Positions 45,660 through 54,555 of a DNA stretch of 59,519 nucleotides are shown here, piece after piece. Made by a program: the position numbers and the translations under genes. The notes under the pieces were generated by a model. It ran no database searches. It was not told where the DNA came from and worked only from the letters and a program-made list of their open reading frames with translations. How positions within the stretch are numbered: position 1 is the stretch's first letter; each line of letters starts with the position of its first letter. Location: NCBI GenBank assembly GCA_004298325.1, contig SCUF01000369.1:1-59519 (forward strand), in the 5' to 3' direction. This DNA comes from Betaproteobacteria bacterium. Its GTDB lineage: Bacteria; Pseudomonadota; Gammaproteobacteria; Burkholderiales; SG8-39.

Positions 45660-47351
45660 TTACTCCGACCCCTGACTCTGACCCCCTACTCTGACCCCAC
45701 CTTGCCATTCGATTTTGCCTTCCGCGAGATCGCGCGCCAGCGCGGCGGGATCGCGCTCGCGCGGATCGCCGTAGCCGCCGCCGCCGGCGGAGTCCATGGT
45801 GACGACGTCGCCGGGCGAGAGGCGCGTGAGGCCGTAAGGGTTGCCGGGCTGGTCGTTGACGAGGAACCGCGCGCGCGCGCCGGGTGCGCCGCCGAAGAGG
45901 CCTTCGGGCGGCAGGCTGAAACGCCCCGACTGCATCGCGAGGTGCACCGGCCCGAGCGGTGCGTGCGCATCGCTCGGCACGCGGAAGACTTCGCGCCGGC
46001 CAAGCGCGCCGCGCTGCTTGCCCGCGCCGCCCGATCCCGGCAGGAGCTCGCGCCGCTCGACGATGAGCGGCGAATCGCTTTCGAGAATCTCGACCGGCGT
46101 ATTGGCGCCGTTCGCCGGGAAGATGAACGAGCCCTCGCCGTCGCGCGCGGCGCCCGCGCCCATGCCGCCGCCGCGAATGAGCACGGTATGGAACGGCTCG
46201 CCGTCGCCGCGCCGGCCGTAGAACACCTGCATCGTCGCCGGCGTGCCGCCGCTTGCCGCGACCACGCGCTGCGGCAGCGCCTCAGCCAGCGCGCGGTAGA
46301 TGATCTCGGTCATGAAGTGGCCGATCTGCATGCGCGCCGCGACCGCCGCCGGAAAGCGGCAATTGACCACCGTGCCCTCGGGCGCGATCAGATGGATCGG
46401 CGCGGCGGCGCCGTCGTTATTGGGAATGTCCGGATCGAAGATGCTCTTCACCGCCATGTGCACGTAGGCGTAGGTGAAGTTGTAGACCACGTTGCCGCCC
46501 CAGTCGACCTGCGGCGACGAGCCCGTGAGATCGACCTGGATGTCGCTGCCATTGATCGTGACCGCGCAGCGGATGACGACGGCGGGCGCGCCTTCGGTCT
46601 GTTCGATGTGTCCTTCGGCGCGGTACACGCCCGCCGGTGCGCGCGCGATCGATTCGCGCAGGCTGCGCTCGCTGCGCGAAATGATTTCCTCCGCGAGGTC
46701 GTCGAGCGCCTCGAGCCGGTACTCCTCCAGCATGCGCACGATTCTCTCGGCGCAGACGTGATTCGCCGCGATCTGCGAGCGGATGTCGCCATTCACCTGG
46801 TCGGGCGTGCGCACGTTGGCGCGGATCATCGCGAGCACCCCTTCGTTCAGCTGCCCGGCCTCGTAGAGCTTGACGAGCGGGATGAAGAGCCCCTCCTCGA
46901 ACACGTCGTGGTTGTCGGAGGAGACGCGCCCGCCGATGTCCGAGTGGTGCAGGATGCAGGCGGTGAACGCGGCGAGCCGGTCGCGATGGAAGATCGGCGA
47001 GAGCACGCAGACGTCGTTCAGGTGCCCTGCGAGTGCCCAGGGGTCATTGGTGATGTACACGTCGCCGGGGCGGAAACTTTCAGGCGGGAGCTTGCGCACC
47101 AGGTTCTTGATGCCGAGTGCCATCGCGCCCGACTGCCCCGGCGTGGCGAGCGTGCCCTGCGCGAGCTCGCGCCCTTGCCGATCGGTGAACATGCAGGTGT
47201 AGTCGTGGCCATCGCGCAGGATGCTGGAGAACGCCGTGCGCGCGACGGCCGCATCGGCCTCGTCGACGATCGAGATCAGGCGCCGCCAGAGGATTTCGAG
47301 GGTGATGGGGTCGAATTTTGGCTTCGGCGCTTGGACTTCGCGTTGGTTCAT
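45660..47351 (-). CDS. hyuB: Hydantoinase B / oxoprolinase-family protein (ATP-dependent lactamase/carboxylase beta-type subunit)
   Basis: Has DPITLEILWRRLISIVDEA at the N-terminus and the family pattern throughout. The start is the ATG at 47351. The tail GGVRVGGQSQGSE-TAA is REP-encoded. Confidence 0.85.
   Translation of the reverse strand: MNQREVQAPKPKFDPITLEILWRRLISIVDEADAAVARTAFSSILRDGHDYTCMFTDRQGRELAQGTLATPGQSGAMALGIKNLVRKLPPESFRPGDVYITNDPWALAGHLNDVCVLSPIFHRDRLAAFTACILHHSDIGGRVSSDNHDVFEEGLFIPLVKLYEAGQLNEGVLAMIRANVRTPDQVNGDIRSQIAANHVCAERIVRMLEEYRLEALDDLAEEIISRSERSLRESIARAPAGVYRAEGHIEQTEGAPAVVIRCAVTINGSDIQVDLTGSSPQVDWGGNVVYNFTYAYVHMAVKSIFDPDIPNNDGAAAPIHLIAPEGTVVNCRFPAAVAARMQIGHFMTEIIYRALAEALPQRVVAASGGTPATMQVFYGRRGDGEPFHTVLIRGGGMGAGAARDGEGSFIFPANGANTPVEILESDSPLIVERRELLPGSGGAGKQRGALGRREVFRVPSDAHAPLGPVHLAMQSGRFSLPPEGLFGGAPGARARFLVNDQPGNPYGLTRLSPGDVVTMDSAGGGGYGDPRERDPAALARDLAEGKIEWQGGVRVGGQSQGSE
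45661..45698. repeat. Three tandem inverted REP units flanking the 5' side of the RAYT gene
   Basis: TACTCCGACCCC lies at 45661..45672, GACTCTGACCCC at 45674..45685 and TACTCTGACCCC at 45687..45698, giving a 13-nt period. The array also encodes the last 13 codons of hyuB. Confidence 0.9.
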
Positions 47352-47368
47352 ATTTGAAGTTCCCCGTT

Positions 47369-47407
47369 CTGCCGGCTTGCCGCGAGATTCATGCGGCAAG
47401 CCGGCAG
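47369..47407 (-). other. Perfect 15-bp stem / 9-nt loop hairpin in the hyuA-hyuB intercistronic spacer
   Basis: CTGCCGGCTTGCCGC (47369..47383) and GCGGCAAGCCGGCAG (47393..47407) are exact reverse complements. No U-tract follows on the transcribed (minus) strand. Confidence 0.8.
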
Positions 47408-47442
47408 ATCTATGAGAATCAAAAAAGGCGCTGACCGATGCA

Positions 47443-49524
47443 TTACGCTTCCCGTTTCTGAATCCAGAGAAACCCGTAATCGTCGACCTCCACCTTCCCG
47501 TCCTCCCCCACGATCACGGTCGATTCGCGCTCCTCGATGATCGCCGGGCCCTCGAAGCTCGCGTCGGGGAAGAGCTTGTAACGGTCGTAGACCGTGTGCG
47601 CAACGAATTCGTGCGCGATCCCCGAATACGCGCGCCGCTCGCACTTCACCGCGTCGCTGGCGCGGCCGCCCGCCGGCCGCGCGAGCTTCGGCAGCTCGAG
47701 CAGCTGCACCGGCAGGCTCGCGCGGACGCTGAAGTTGACGAACTCCACGGGAGACTCGGGGTAGGTGCGGCCGTAGAGCCGCTCGTATTCGGCGTCGAAG
47801 TTGCGGCGCAGCTCCTCGCGGTCGAGCTTTGCGAAATCGCCCTGCGGCACGGGGAGATAGGTTTCCGATCCTTGCCCGATGAAGCGTGCGTCCACCGAGC
47901 GCGCGAACTCAATGCGACCGTCAGCTCCTGCGCGGCGCAGGGTGCGCTCGCCCTCGGCTTCGAGGGCGCGGAAGATTCTCTCGATCTCGGCAAAATCCGC
48001 CGTGGCGAGCGGCGTCTTGTGGCTGCGCACGAGGTCGAACGCCCGCGGCGCGGTGAAAAAGCCGAGCGCCGAGCCTACGCCCGCGTTGGGCGGCACGATG
48101 AGGCAGGGCGCGCCGAGTTTGCGCGTCAGGCCCCAGGCGTGTACCGGCCCCGCGCCGCCGAACGCGGCCACCGTCGCCACGCGGGGATTGCCGCCGCGTT
48201 CCGCGATGTGCGTCTTGGCGGCGGCCGCCATGGTCTCGTTGATCAGGTCGTGGATGCCCCAGGTCGCCTCGATGAAGGAAACGCCGAGCGGCTTCGCCAC
48301 ATGTTCCTCGATGCCGCGGCGCGCCGCCGCCGCATCGAGCTTCATCGTCCCGCCGAGGAAATACCCGGCGTCGAGGTAGCCGAGCAGAAGATCGGCGTCG
48401 GTCACGGTGGGAAGCGTGCCGCCGCGCCCGTAGCAGATCGGCCCGGGTTCGGCGCCCGAGCTGTCGGGGCCCACCTGCAGCGTGCCCAGGCGGCTCCTGC
48501 GCGCGAGGCTGCCGCCGCCCGCGCCGATCTCCATCAGGTCCACCACCGGCACCTGGATCGTGAGCCCGCTGCCTTTCATGAAGCGCTGCACGCGCCCGAC
48601 TTCGAAGGTCGGCACGATGCCGGCGACGCCGCCCTGGATGAGGCAGGACTTGGCCGTGGTGCCGCCCATGTCGAAGCAGAACATCTCGGGCAGATCAAAG
48701 AGGCGGCTGAAGTACTGGCCCGCGATCACCGCCGCGGTCGGGCCGGATTCGATGATGCGCACCGGAAATTCGGCCGCGGTTTCGGCGGAGGTCACGCCGC
48801 CGGAGGAGAGCATGATGAACAGCCGCCCGTGAAAGCCGATGCCGGCGAGGCGCTCGGCCAGCCGGCGGAGGTAGGTTTCGGTGAGCGGCTTGACGTAGGC
48901 GTTGGTGACCGTGGTGCTGGTGCGCTCGTACTCGCGGATCTGCGGCAGCACCTCGGCGGAGATCGAGACCGAGGCGCCGGGGAATTCTTCGGCGAGGATG
49001 CGTTTCAGCGCCCGCTCGTGCGCCGGATTCTCGAAGGAATTGAGCAGGCATACGGCGACCGACTCGGCGCCCAGAGCCTGCAGCGCGCGCACCGTCTCGC
49101 GCGCCGCGCTTTCGTCCAGCGGCTGCAGCACGCTGCCGTCGGCGCGCACGCGCTCGTTCACCTCCAGCCGGCGCTGGCGCGGCACGAGCGGCTCGGGCAT
49201 TTCGGCGAAGACATCGTAGGCGGCGTAGCGGATCTCGCGCCCGAGCTCCAGCACGTCGCGAAACCCCCGTGTCGTGATGAGCCCCGTGCAAGCGCCTTTG
49301 CGCTCGATGATGGCGTTGATGACGAGCGTGGTGCCGTGGATCACTTCCTCGAGCCGCGCCGTGCAGCCGGGAAGCTGCGCTTCGAGCGCCCTCAAGCCGG
49401 CCTCGATCGCGTCCGAGGGGTCGCGTGGCGTGGTGAGGCACTTCCAGGTCTCGATGCGCCCGCCCGAGTCGTCCAGCAGGACGAAGTCGGTGAAGGTGCC
49501 GCCCACATCGATGCCCACCCGCAT
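47443..49524 (-). CDS. hyuA: Hydantoinase A / oxoprolinase-family protein (alpha-type subunit)
   Basis: Has MRVGIDVGGTFTDFVLL at the N-terminus. The ATG at 49524 is preceded by AAGGAGG. The 240-codon upstream extension in the track is antisense to the GntR gene. Confidence 0.85.
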   Translation of the reverse strand: MRVGIDVGGTFTDFVLLDDSGGRIETWKCLTTPRDPSDAIEAGLRALEAQLPGCTARLEEVIHGTTLVINAIIERKGACTGLITTRGFRDVLELGREIRYAAYDVFAEMPEPLVPRQRRLEVNERVRADGSVLQPLDESAARETVRALQALGAESVAVCLLNSFENPAHERALKRILAEEFPGASVSISAEVLPQIREYERTSTTVTNAYVKPLTETYLRRLAERLAGIGFHGRLFIMLSSGGVTSAETAAEFPVRIIESGPTAAVIAGQYFSRLFDLPEMFCFDMGGTTAKSCLIQGGVAGIVPTFEVGRVQRFMKGSGLTIQVPVVDLMEIGAGGGSLARRSRLGTLQVGPDSSGAEPGPICYGRGGTLPTVTDADLLLGYLDAGYFLGGTMKLDAAAARRGIEEHVAKPLGVSFIEATWGIHDLINETMAAAAKTHIAERGGNPRVATVAAFGGAGPVHAWGLTRKLGAPCLIVPPNAGVGSALGFFTAPRAFDLVRSHKTPLATADFAEIERIFRALEAEGERTLRRAGADGRIEFARSVDARFIGQGSETYLPVPQGDFAKLDREELRRNFDAEYERLYGRTYPESPVEFVNFSVRASLPVQLLELPKLARPAGGRASDAVKCERRAYSGIAHEFVAHTVYDRYKLFPDASFEGPAIIEERESTVIVGEDGKVEVDDYGFLWIQKREA

Positions 49525-49555
49525 GACGCGCCTCCTTGACGCTTGGCGGCTGAAA

Positions 49556-49568
49556 GTATACCGTATAC
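49556..49568. promoter_or_regulatory. Candidate GntR-family operator in the divergent hyuA/gntR promoter region
   Basis: GTATAC-C-GTATAC forms two abutting GTATAC palindromes containing the perfect inverted repeat TATAC-c-GTATA. It lies in the 54-bp gap between the divergent starts. The GT..AC cores fit FadR/GntR-type operators. Confidence 0.35.
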
Positions 49569-49578
49569 AGTACACGTC

Positions 49579-50241
49579 ATGTCCCCGGCCCTGCAAGTCC
49601 TCGAGCGCGCCCTGCCGCTCGGCGACCGCGTCTACGCGACGCTGCGCGACTACCTGCGCGCGGGGCGCCTCGCGACCGGGCATCCGCTGCAGGAAGCCGC
49701 GCTCGCGGCGCAGCTCGGGGTGTCGCGCACGCCCGTGCGCGAGGCCCTGGCGCGGCTCGCGAGCGAGGGGCTGGTGGTGGCCGAGGGCCGCAGCTTCACG
49801 GTCCCCGCGCTCACCGACGCCGACATCCGGGACATCTACGAGCTGCGTTTCCTGCTCGAGCCGCAGGCGCTGAGCGAAATCGCGCAAAGCCGGCCCGGCC
49901 GCAAGGAGCTCGCGCCGCTCCGGAAGGCGCTCGACGACATGGCCGCTGCGCACGAAGACGGCGACGGCGCCGAATTCATGGAAGCCAATTACCGCTTCCG
50001 CGCCGAGTGGATGGCGCGGGTGCCCAACCGGCGCCTCGCGCGCGCGATCGAGCTCTACGCCGATCACGTGCGGTACTTGCGCGCCTTCACGCTCGGCGAG
50101 GCCGGGGTGCGCGCCAGGGTGCTGAAGGGGCTCAAGCGCCTGGTGGCGACGCTCGAAGCCGCAGACGGCGAGGGCGCCGCCGCGGCGATGCTCGCGCATC
50201 TCGACACAGCCAAGAGGATCCTGCTGGAAAGGAAGGCATGA
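49579..50241 (+). CDS. GntR-family transcriptional regulator with FCD-type C-terminal domain
   Basis: Has the wHTH segment LAAQLGVSRTPVREALARLASEGLV and a helical C-terminal domain. The start is the ATG at 49579. Confidence 0.85.
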   Translation: MSPALQVLERALPLGDRVYATLRDYLRAGRLATGHPLQEAALAAQLGVSRTPVREALARLASEGLVVAEGRSFTVPALTDADIRDIYELRFLLEPQALSEIAQSRPGRKELAPLRKALDDMAAAHEDGDGAEFMEANYRFRAEWMARVPNRRLARAIELYADHVRYLRAFTLGEAGVRARVLKGLKRLVATLEAADGEGAAAAMLAHLDTAKRILLERKA

Positions 50242-50242
50242 C

Positions 50243-51448
50243 ATGACCTACAAGGCGGAAATTCCGTATGGCGCCTACTGGAGCACGCCGTTTGCGCGCT
50301 GGCAGGGGGCGTTCGCCAACCTGAACGCGCTCGAATTCGCGGCGCACGTGACGAAGAAGGAGCTCGCGCGGCGCGGCATCGAGCCGGGGGTGTTCGATCA
50401 CGGCGTGCTCGGCTTCAGCGTGCCGCAAAAGCACTCGTTCTACGGCCTGCCGTGGCTCTCCGGCATGGCGGGCGTGGGCCAGGCGGGCGGGCCTACCCTG
50501 ATGCAGGCCTGCGCCACGGGGGTGCGCGTGCTGCTCGCGGGGGTGCAGGAAATCGAGTGCGGCCTGTCGGAGGTGGCGCTCACCGTGACCTGCGACCGCA
50601 CTTCGAACGGCCCGCACCTGTATTACCCCAATCCGCGCGCACCCGGCGGCACCGGCGCGCACGAGGACTGGGTGATGGACAACTTCAGCTTCGATCCGCT
50701 GGGCAAGCACGCCATGATCCGCACCGCGGAAAACGTCGCCGCCAAGCACAAGATCTCCACCGCCGAGCAGCACGCGGTGGTGCTGAAGCGCGAGGCGCAG
50801 TACCGCGAGGCGCTGGCGAACGACAGCGCCTTCCACAAGCGCTTCATGACGCTGCCCTTCGAGGTTCCCGATCCCGCCTACCGCAGGACGGCGACGACGA
50901 TCACGGGCGACGAGGGCGTCAATTACTCCACCGCCGAAGGCCTTGCCAAGCTGCGCCCGGTGGTGGAAGGCGGCAGCGTCACCTTCGGCGGCCAGACGCA
51001 TCCGGCCGACGGCAACGCAGCCATCGTACTGGCCGCGCCCGGGCGCGCGAGGGAACTCAGCAAGGACCCGAAGATCCGCGTGCGCCTGCTCGGCTTCGGA
51101 CAGTCGCGCGCCGCGCTCGCCTACATGCCGGAGGCGCCCATCCCCGCGGCGCAGAAAGCGCTCGCGCAGGCGGGGCTCGGTTTCGGCGATATGGACGCGA
51201 TCAAGACGCACAATCCCTTCGCGGTGAACGACGTGCTCTTTTCGCGCAGCACGGGCGTGCCGCTCGAGCGGGTGAACAATTACGGCTGCTCCCTGGTGTG
51301 GGGGCATCCGCAGGCGCCGATGGGCACGCGCGGCGTCATCGAGCTGATCGAGGAGCTCGCGCTGCGCGGCGGCGGCCGAGGCCTGTTTACCGGTTGCGCG
51401 GCGGGCGACACCGCGATGGCGGTGGTGCTGGAGGTGACCGGCGCGTGA
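50243..51448 (+). CDS. Thiolase-family protein (acetyl-CoA C-acyltransferase-like)
   Basis: Has the LMQACATGVRVL (nucleophile Cys) region, a GHPQAPMGTRG segment, and a C-terminal GCAAGDTAMAVVLE. Confidence 0.75.
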   Translation: MTYKAEIPYGAYWSTPFARWQGAFANLNALEFAAHVTKKELARRGIEPGVFDHGVLGFSVPQKHSFYGLPWLSGMAGVGQAGGPTLMQACATGVRVLLAGVQEIECGLSEVALTVTCDRTSNGPHLYYPNPRAPGGTGAHEDWVMDNFSFDPLGKHAMIRTAENVAAKHKISTAEQHAVVLKREAQYREALANDSAFHKRFMTLPFEVPDPAYRRTATTITGDEGVNYSTAEGLAKLRPVVEGGSVTFGGQTHPADGNAAIVLAAPGRARELSKDPKIRVRLLGFGQSRAALAYMPEAPIPAAQKALAQAGLGFGDMDAIKTHNPFAVNDVLFSRSTGVPLERVNNYGCSLVWGHPQAPMGTRGVIELIEELALRGGGRGLFTGCAAGDTAMAVVLEVTGA

Positions 51449-51457
51449 AAGTCATCG

Positions 51458-52972
51458 ATGGACCTGTCGGCCTGGATTGAGCGGCACGCGGCGTTCGCGC
51501 CGGCGAAGACCGCGCTGCGCTTCGGCGACGAGGCGATCGGCTACGGCGCGCTCGCGCAGCACATTGCGCGCGTGGCGGGGGCGCTCGCCGCGCTGGGCGT
51601 GAAGCCGCGCGATGCGGTGGCCTATCTCGGCCTCAACCATCCGGACGCGCTCGCGCTGCTTTTTGCCTGCGCGCGGCTCGGTGCGATGTTCATGCCGCTC
51701 AACTGGCGCCTCGCGCCCGCGGAGCACGCGCGCATGCTCGCCGATTGCCCGCCGCGGCTGCTCTACGTGGAAGGCGCGTTCGCCGCGCACGCGAAGGCGA
51801 TTACGGCGATCCCGCAGTCGACCCGCCAGCTGCCGCTCGATCGCGAGACGTGGCGTGTCGCCGCCGGCACGGTGCCGCGCGAGGGCGACGAGAGCTCGCC
51901 GCTGCTCCTGTGCTACACCTCGGGCTCGACCGGCGCGCCGAAGGGCGTGGTGCTGACGCAGCGCGCGCTGTTCTACAACGCGGTCAACAGCAGCCACATG
52001 CACGATCTGACGAGCGCCGACCGCGTGCTGACGACGCTGCCGCTGTTTCACGTCGGCGGGCTCAACATCCAGACCACGCCGGCGCTGCACGCGGGTGCCA
52101 CGGTCACGTTGCATCCGAAGTTCGACCCGCTCGCGGCGCTCGAGGCGATCGAGCGCGAGCGCATCACCCTCGCCGTGCTGGTGCCGGCACAGCTCCAGGC
52201 GATGATGCAGACACCGCGCTGGCAAAGCGCCGACCTTTCGAGCCTGCGCATGATCACCACCGGCTCCACGATCGTCCCGGCAGCGTTCGTGAGCAAGGTG
52301 AACGCGCGCGGCGTGCCGCTCATCCAGGTCTACGGCTCCACCGAGACCTGCCCGATCGCGAGCTACGTGCGCGCCGCGGATGCCGAGCGCAAGGCCGGCT
52401 CGGCCGGCGTGCCGGCACTGCATTGCGAGATCCGCATCGCGGGCGACGACGGCCGCGAGCTGCCGGCGGGACGCGACGGCGAGATCCTGGTGCGTGGCCC
52501 GAACGTGGCGACGGGCTACTGGAACGCGCCGGAACTGAGCGCGCAGACCTTTGCCGAGGGCTGGTACCGCTCGGGCGACATCGGCCATTTCGACGCCGAA
52601 GGGCATCTCCATGTCGTGGCGCGAAAGAAGGACATGATCATCTCGGGCGGCGAGAACATCTACCCGGCGGAGCTGGAGAACATCCTGCTCGAAGCGCCCG
52701 CGGTGCAGGAGGCCTGCGTCGTGGGGCGGCAGGACGAGCGCTGGGGCGAGGCCGTGGTCGCGGCGGTGGTGCTGAAGGCCGGCAGCCGCATGAGCGAGGC
52801 CGAGGTGATGGCGCTCTTCCAGGGACGGATCGCGCGCTACAAGCAGCCGCGCGAGGTGCGCTTTCTGGCGCAGCTGCCCAGGAGCGCGCTCGGCAAGATC
52901 CTCAAGGACGAGGTGCGCACGGCGGTCGCGCAGGCGGCGGCCGGGCCGGCGAGGCGGGCGCATGGACTTTGA
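51458..52972 (+). CDS. AMP-dependent acyl-CoA synthetase/ligase
   Basis: Has the AMP-binding motif LCYTSGSTGAPKGVVLT, plus YGSTET, GDIGHFDAEGHLHVVARKKDMI and a conserved C-terminal K. Confidence 0.85.
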   Translation: MDLSAWIERHAAFAPAKTALRFGDEAIGYGALAQHIARVAGALAALGVKPRDAVAYLGLNHPDALALLFACARLGAMFMPLNWRLAPAEHARMLADCPPRLLYVEGAFAAHAKAITAIPQSTRQLPLDRETWRVAAGTVPREGDESSPLLLCYTSGSTGAPKGVVLTQRALFYNAVNSSHMHDLTSADRVLTTLPLFHVGGLNIQTTPALHAGATVTLHPKFDPLAALEAIERERITLAVLVPAQLQAMMQTPRWQSADLSSLRMITTGSTIVPAAFVSKVNARGVPLIQVYGSTETCPIASYVRAADAERKAGSAGVPALHCEIRIAGDDGRELPAGRDGEILVRGPNVATGYWNAPELSAQTFAEGWYRSGDIGHFDAEGHLHVVARKKDMIISGGENIYPAELENILLEAPAVQEACVVGRQDERWGEAVVAAVVLKAGSRMSEAEVMALFQGRIARYKQPREVRFLAQLPRSALGKILKDEVRTAVAQAAAGPARRAHGL

Positions 52973-54095
52973 ACTGCGCGACGAGCAGCGCGCCATCCGG
53001 GAAGCCTTCGCGCGCTTCAGCGACGAGCGCATCGCGCCGCGTGCCGCCGCGCTCGATGCGGCGCACGCTTTCCCGCGCGAGCTGTTCGGCGAACTCGCGG
53101 CGATGGGGCTGTTCGCCATGCGCTACCCGGAAGACGCGGGCGGCAGCGGCACCGGGCTCACCGAGTTCTGCCTCGCGCTGGAAGAGATCGCGCGCGGCTC
53201 GCTGTCGCTCGCCGGGTGTGCGGCGATGCAATCGCTCATGGGAACGAAATTCCTGCACATGCTCGGCAATGCGGACGTGCTCGAGCGCCTGTTCAAGCCG
53301 GCGCTCAGGGGCGAGAAGATCGGCGCCATCTGCATGACCGAGCCGAACGCGGGTTCCGACCTCGAAGGCATCGCCACCACGGCGAAAAAGGTCGCGGGCG
53401 GCTACCGCCTGAACGGGCAGAAGACCTGGGTCACCTCCGCCCGGGTGGCGGACTTCTTCACCGTGTTCGCCCGGGCGGGCGAGGCGAAGAAACTCACCAT
53501 CTTCCTGGTAGAGCGTTCGTCCGCCGGCCTCGCGATCGGGCGGCAGATCGAGAAGATGGGCGTCTGGGCGATGCCGACCTCCGAGCTCGCCTTCGACGAC
53601 TGCTTCGTGCCCGACGGCCTTCGCCTGTCGCGCGAGGAAGGCGACGGCGAAGGGCACCTGAGGAAGACGCTTGCCGAGATCCGCATCATCACCGGCGCGA
53701 TGGCCAACGGCGTGGCACGCGCGGCGCTCGAAGCGGCGCTGCGCTACGCGGGCGAGAGAAAGCAGTTCGGCAAGCCGATCAACCGCTACCAGGCGATCCA
53801 GATGAAACTGGCGGAGATGGCCACCGGGCTCGAGGCGGCGGTGCAGCTCGTGTACCGCGCCGCCTGGCTGCACGACGCGGGCAAGCCCCACCACAAGGAG
53901 GCGGCGATGGCGAAGCTCTTCGCGAGCGAAACCGCGGCACGCGTCTGCGACCAGGCCGCGCGCGTGTTCGCCTCCTACGGCTACGCCATGGAATATCCCG
54001 TGCAGCGCTACCTGCGCGACGTGCGCTTCACCCTCATCGGCGGCGGCACGAGCGAGATCCTCAAGCTCATCATCGCCAAGGAGCTGAGCCAATGA
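52962..54095 (+). CDS. Acyl-CoA dehydrogenase
   Basis: Has ICMTEPNAGSDL, a QFGKPI segment, and a C-terminal YEGTSEI-like GGGTSEILKLIIAKEL. Confidence 0.9.
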   Translation: MDFELRDEQRAIREAFARFSDERIAPRAAALDAAHAFPRELFGELAAMGLFAMRYPEDAGGSGTGLTEFCLALEEIARGSLSLAGCAAMQSLMGTKFLHMLGNADVLERLFKPALRGEKIGAICMTEPNAGSDLEGIATTAKKVAGGYRLNGQKTWVTSARVADFFTVFARAGEAKKLTIFLVERSSAGLAIGRQIEKMGVWAMPTSELAFDDCFVPDGLRLSREEGDGEGHLRKTLAEIRIITGAMANGVARAALEAALRYAGERKQFGKPINRYQAIQMKLAEMATGLEAAVQLVYRAAWLHDAGKPHHKEAAMAKLFASETAARVCDQAARVFASYGYAMEYPVQRYLRDVRFTLIGGGTSEILKLIIAKELSQ

Positions 54096-54107
54096 ACCCG
54101 CCAAAAA

Positions 54108-54153
54108 GGGGTCAGGACCCTTTTTCGATATGTGCTAATTGGGTCCTGACCCC
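54108..54153. repeat. Variant palindromic element related to the REP family
   Basis: GGGGTCAGGACCC (54108..54120) and GGGTCCTGACCCC (54141..54153) are exact reverse complements with a 20-nt spacer. They share the GGGGTCAG core with the main REP. Confidence 0.8.
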
Positions 54154-54162
54154 TTATTCCAT

Positions 54163-54555
54163 ATGAACCGGCCGATCAAGGTGGTGGTCGCGAAGCCCGG
54201 GCTGGACGGCCACGACCAGGGCGCGAAGGTGGTGGCGCGCGCGCTCATGGACGCCGGCATGGAAGTGATCTATACCGGTCTGCGGCAGACGCCGGAAGCC
54301 GTGGCGCGCATCGCGCAGGACGAGGACGCCGACGTGATCGCGCTTTCGTCTATGGCGGGCTCGCACGTGCCGTTCTGCGAGAAACTCAAGCCGCTCCTCG
54401 AGCAGGCGGGGCTTTCCGACAAGCTCTGGGTGATCGGCGGCAACCTGCCGAAGCAGGACCACGCGCGGCTGAAGGAACTGGGGTTCCGCGGCGTGTTCCC
54501 CTCCAGCTCGCGCCTGGACGACATCGTCAATTTCGTGAAGGCGAACGTGGCATGA
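54163..54555 (+). CDS. Cobalamin-binding small subunit of a split acyl-CoA mutase
   Basis: Has the DxHxxG motif in GLDGHDQGAKV and SSMAGSH. It is 130 aa, starting at the ATG at 54163. Confidence 0.85.
   Translation: MNRPIKVVVAKPGLDGHDQGAKVVARALMDAGMEVIYTGLRQTPEAVARIAQDEDADVIALSSMAGSHVPFCEKLKPLLEQAGLSDKLWVIGGNLPKQDHARLKELGFRGVFPSSSRLDDIVNFVKANVA

Noticed and set aside
45702-49539. Long plus-strand ORFs 45702..47357 (551 aa) and 47596..49539 (647 aa)
   Set aside because: Both are antisense to the hyuB and hyuA genes, which have strong family signatures. Their translations are low-complexity and Arg/Ala/Gly-rich.
49525-50244. N-terminal 240-codon extension that would make hyuA a 933-aa protein
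   Set aside because: The extension is antisense to the GntR regulator gene. An ATG with a near-perfect AAGGAGG SD at 49524 starts exactly at the conserved MRVGIDVGGT N-terminus.
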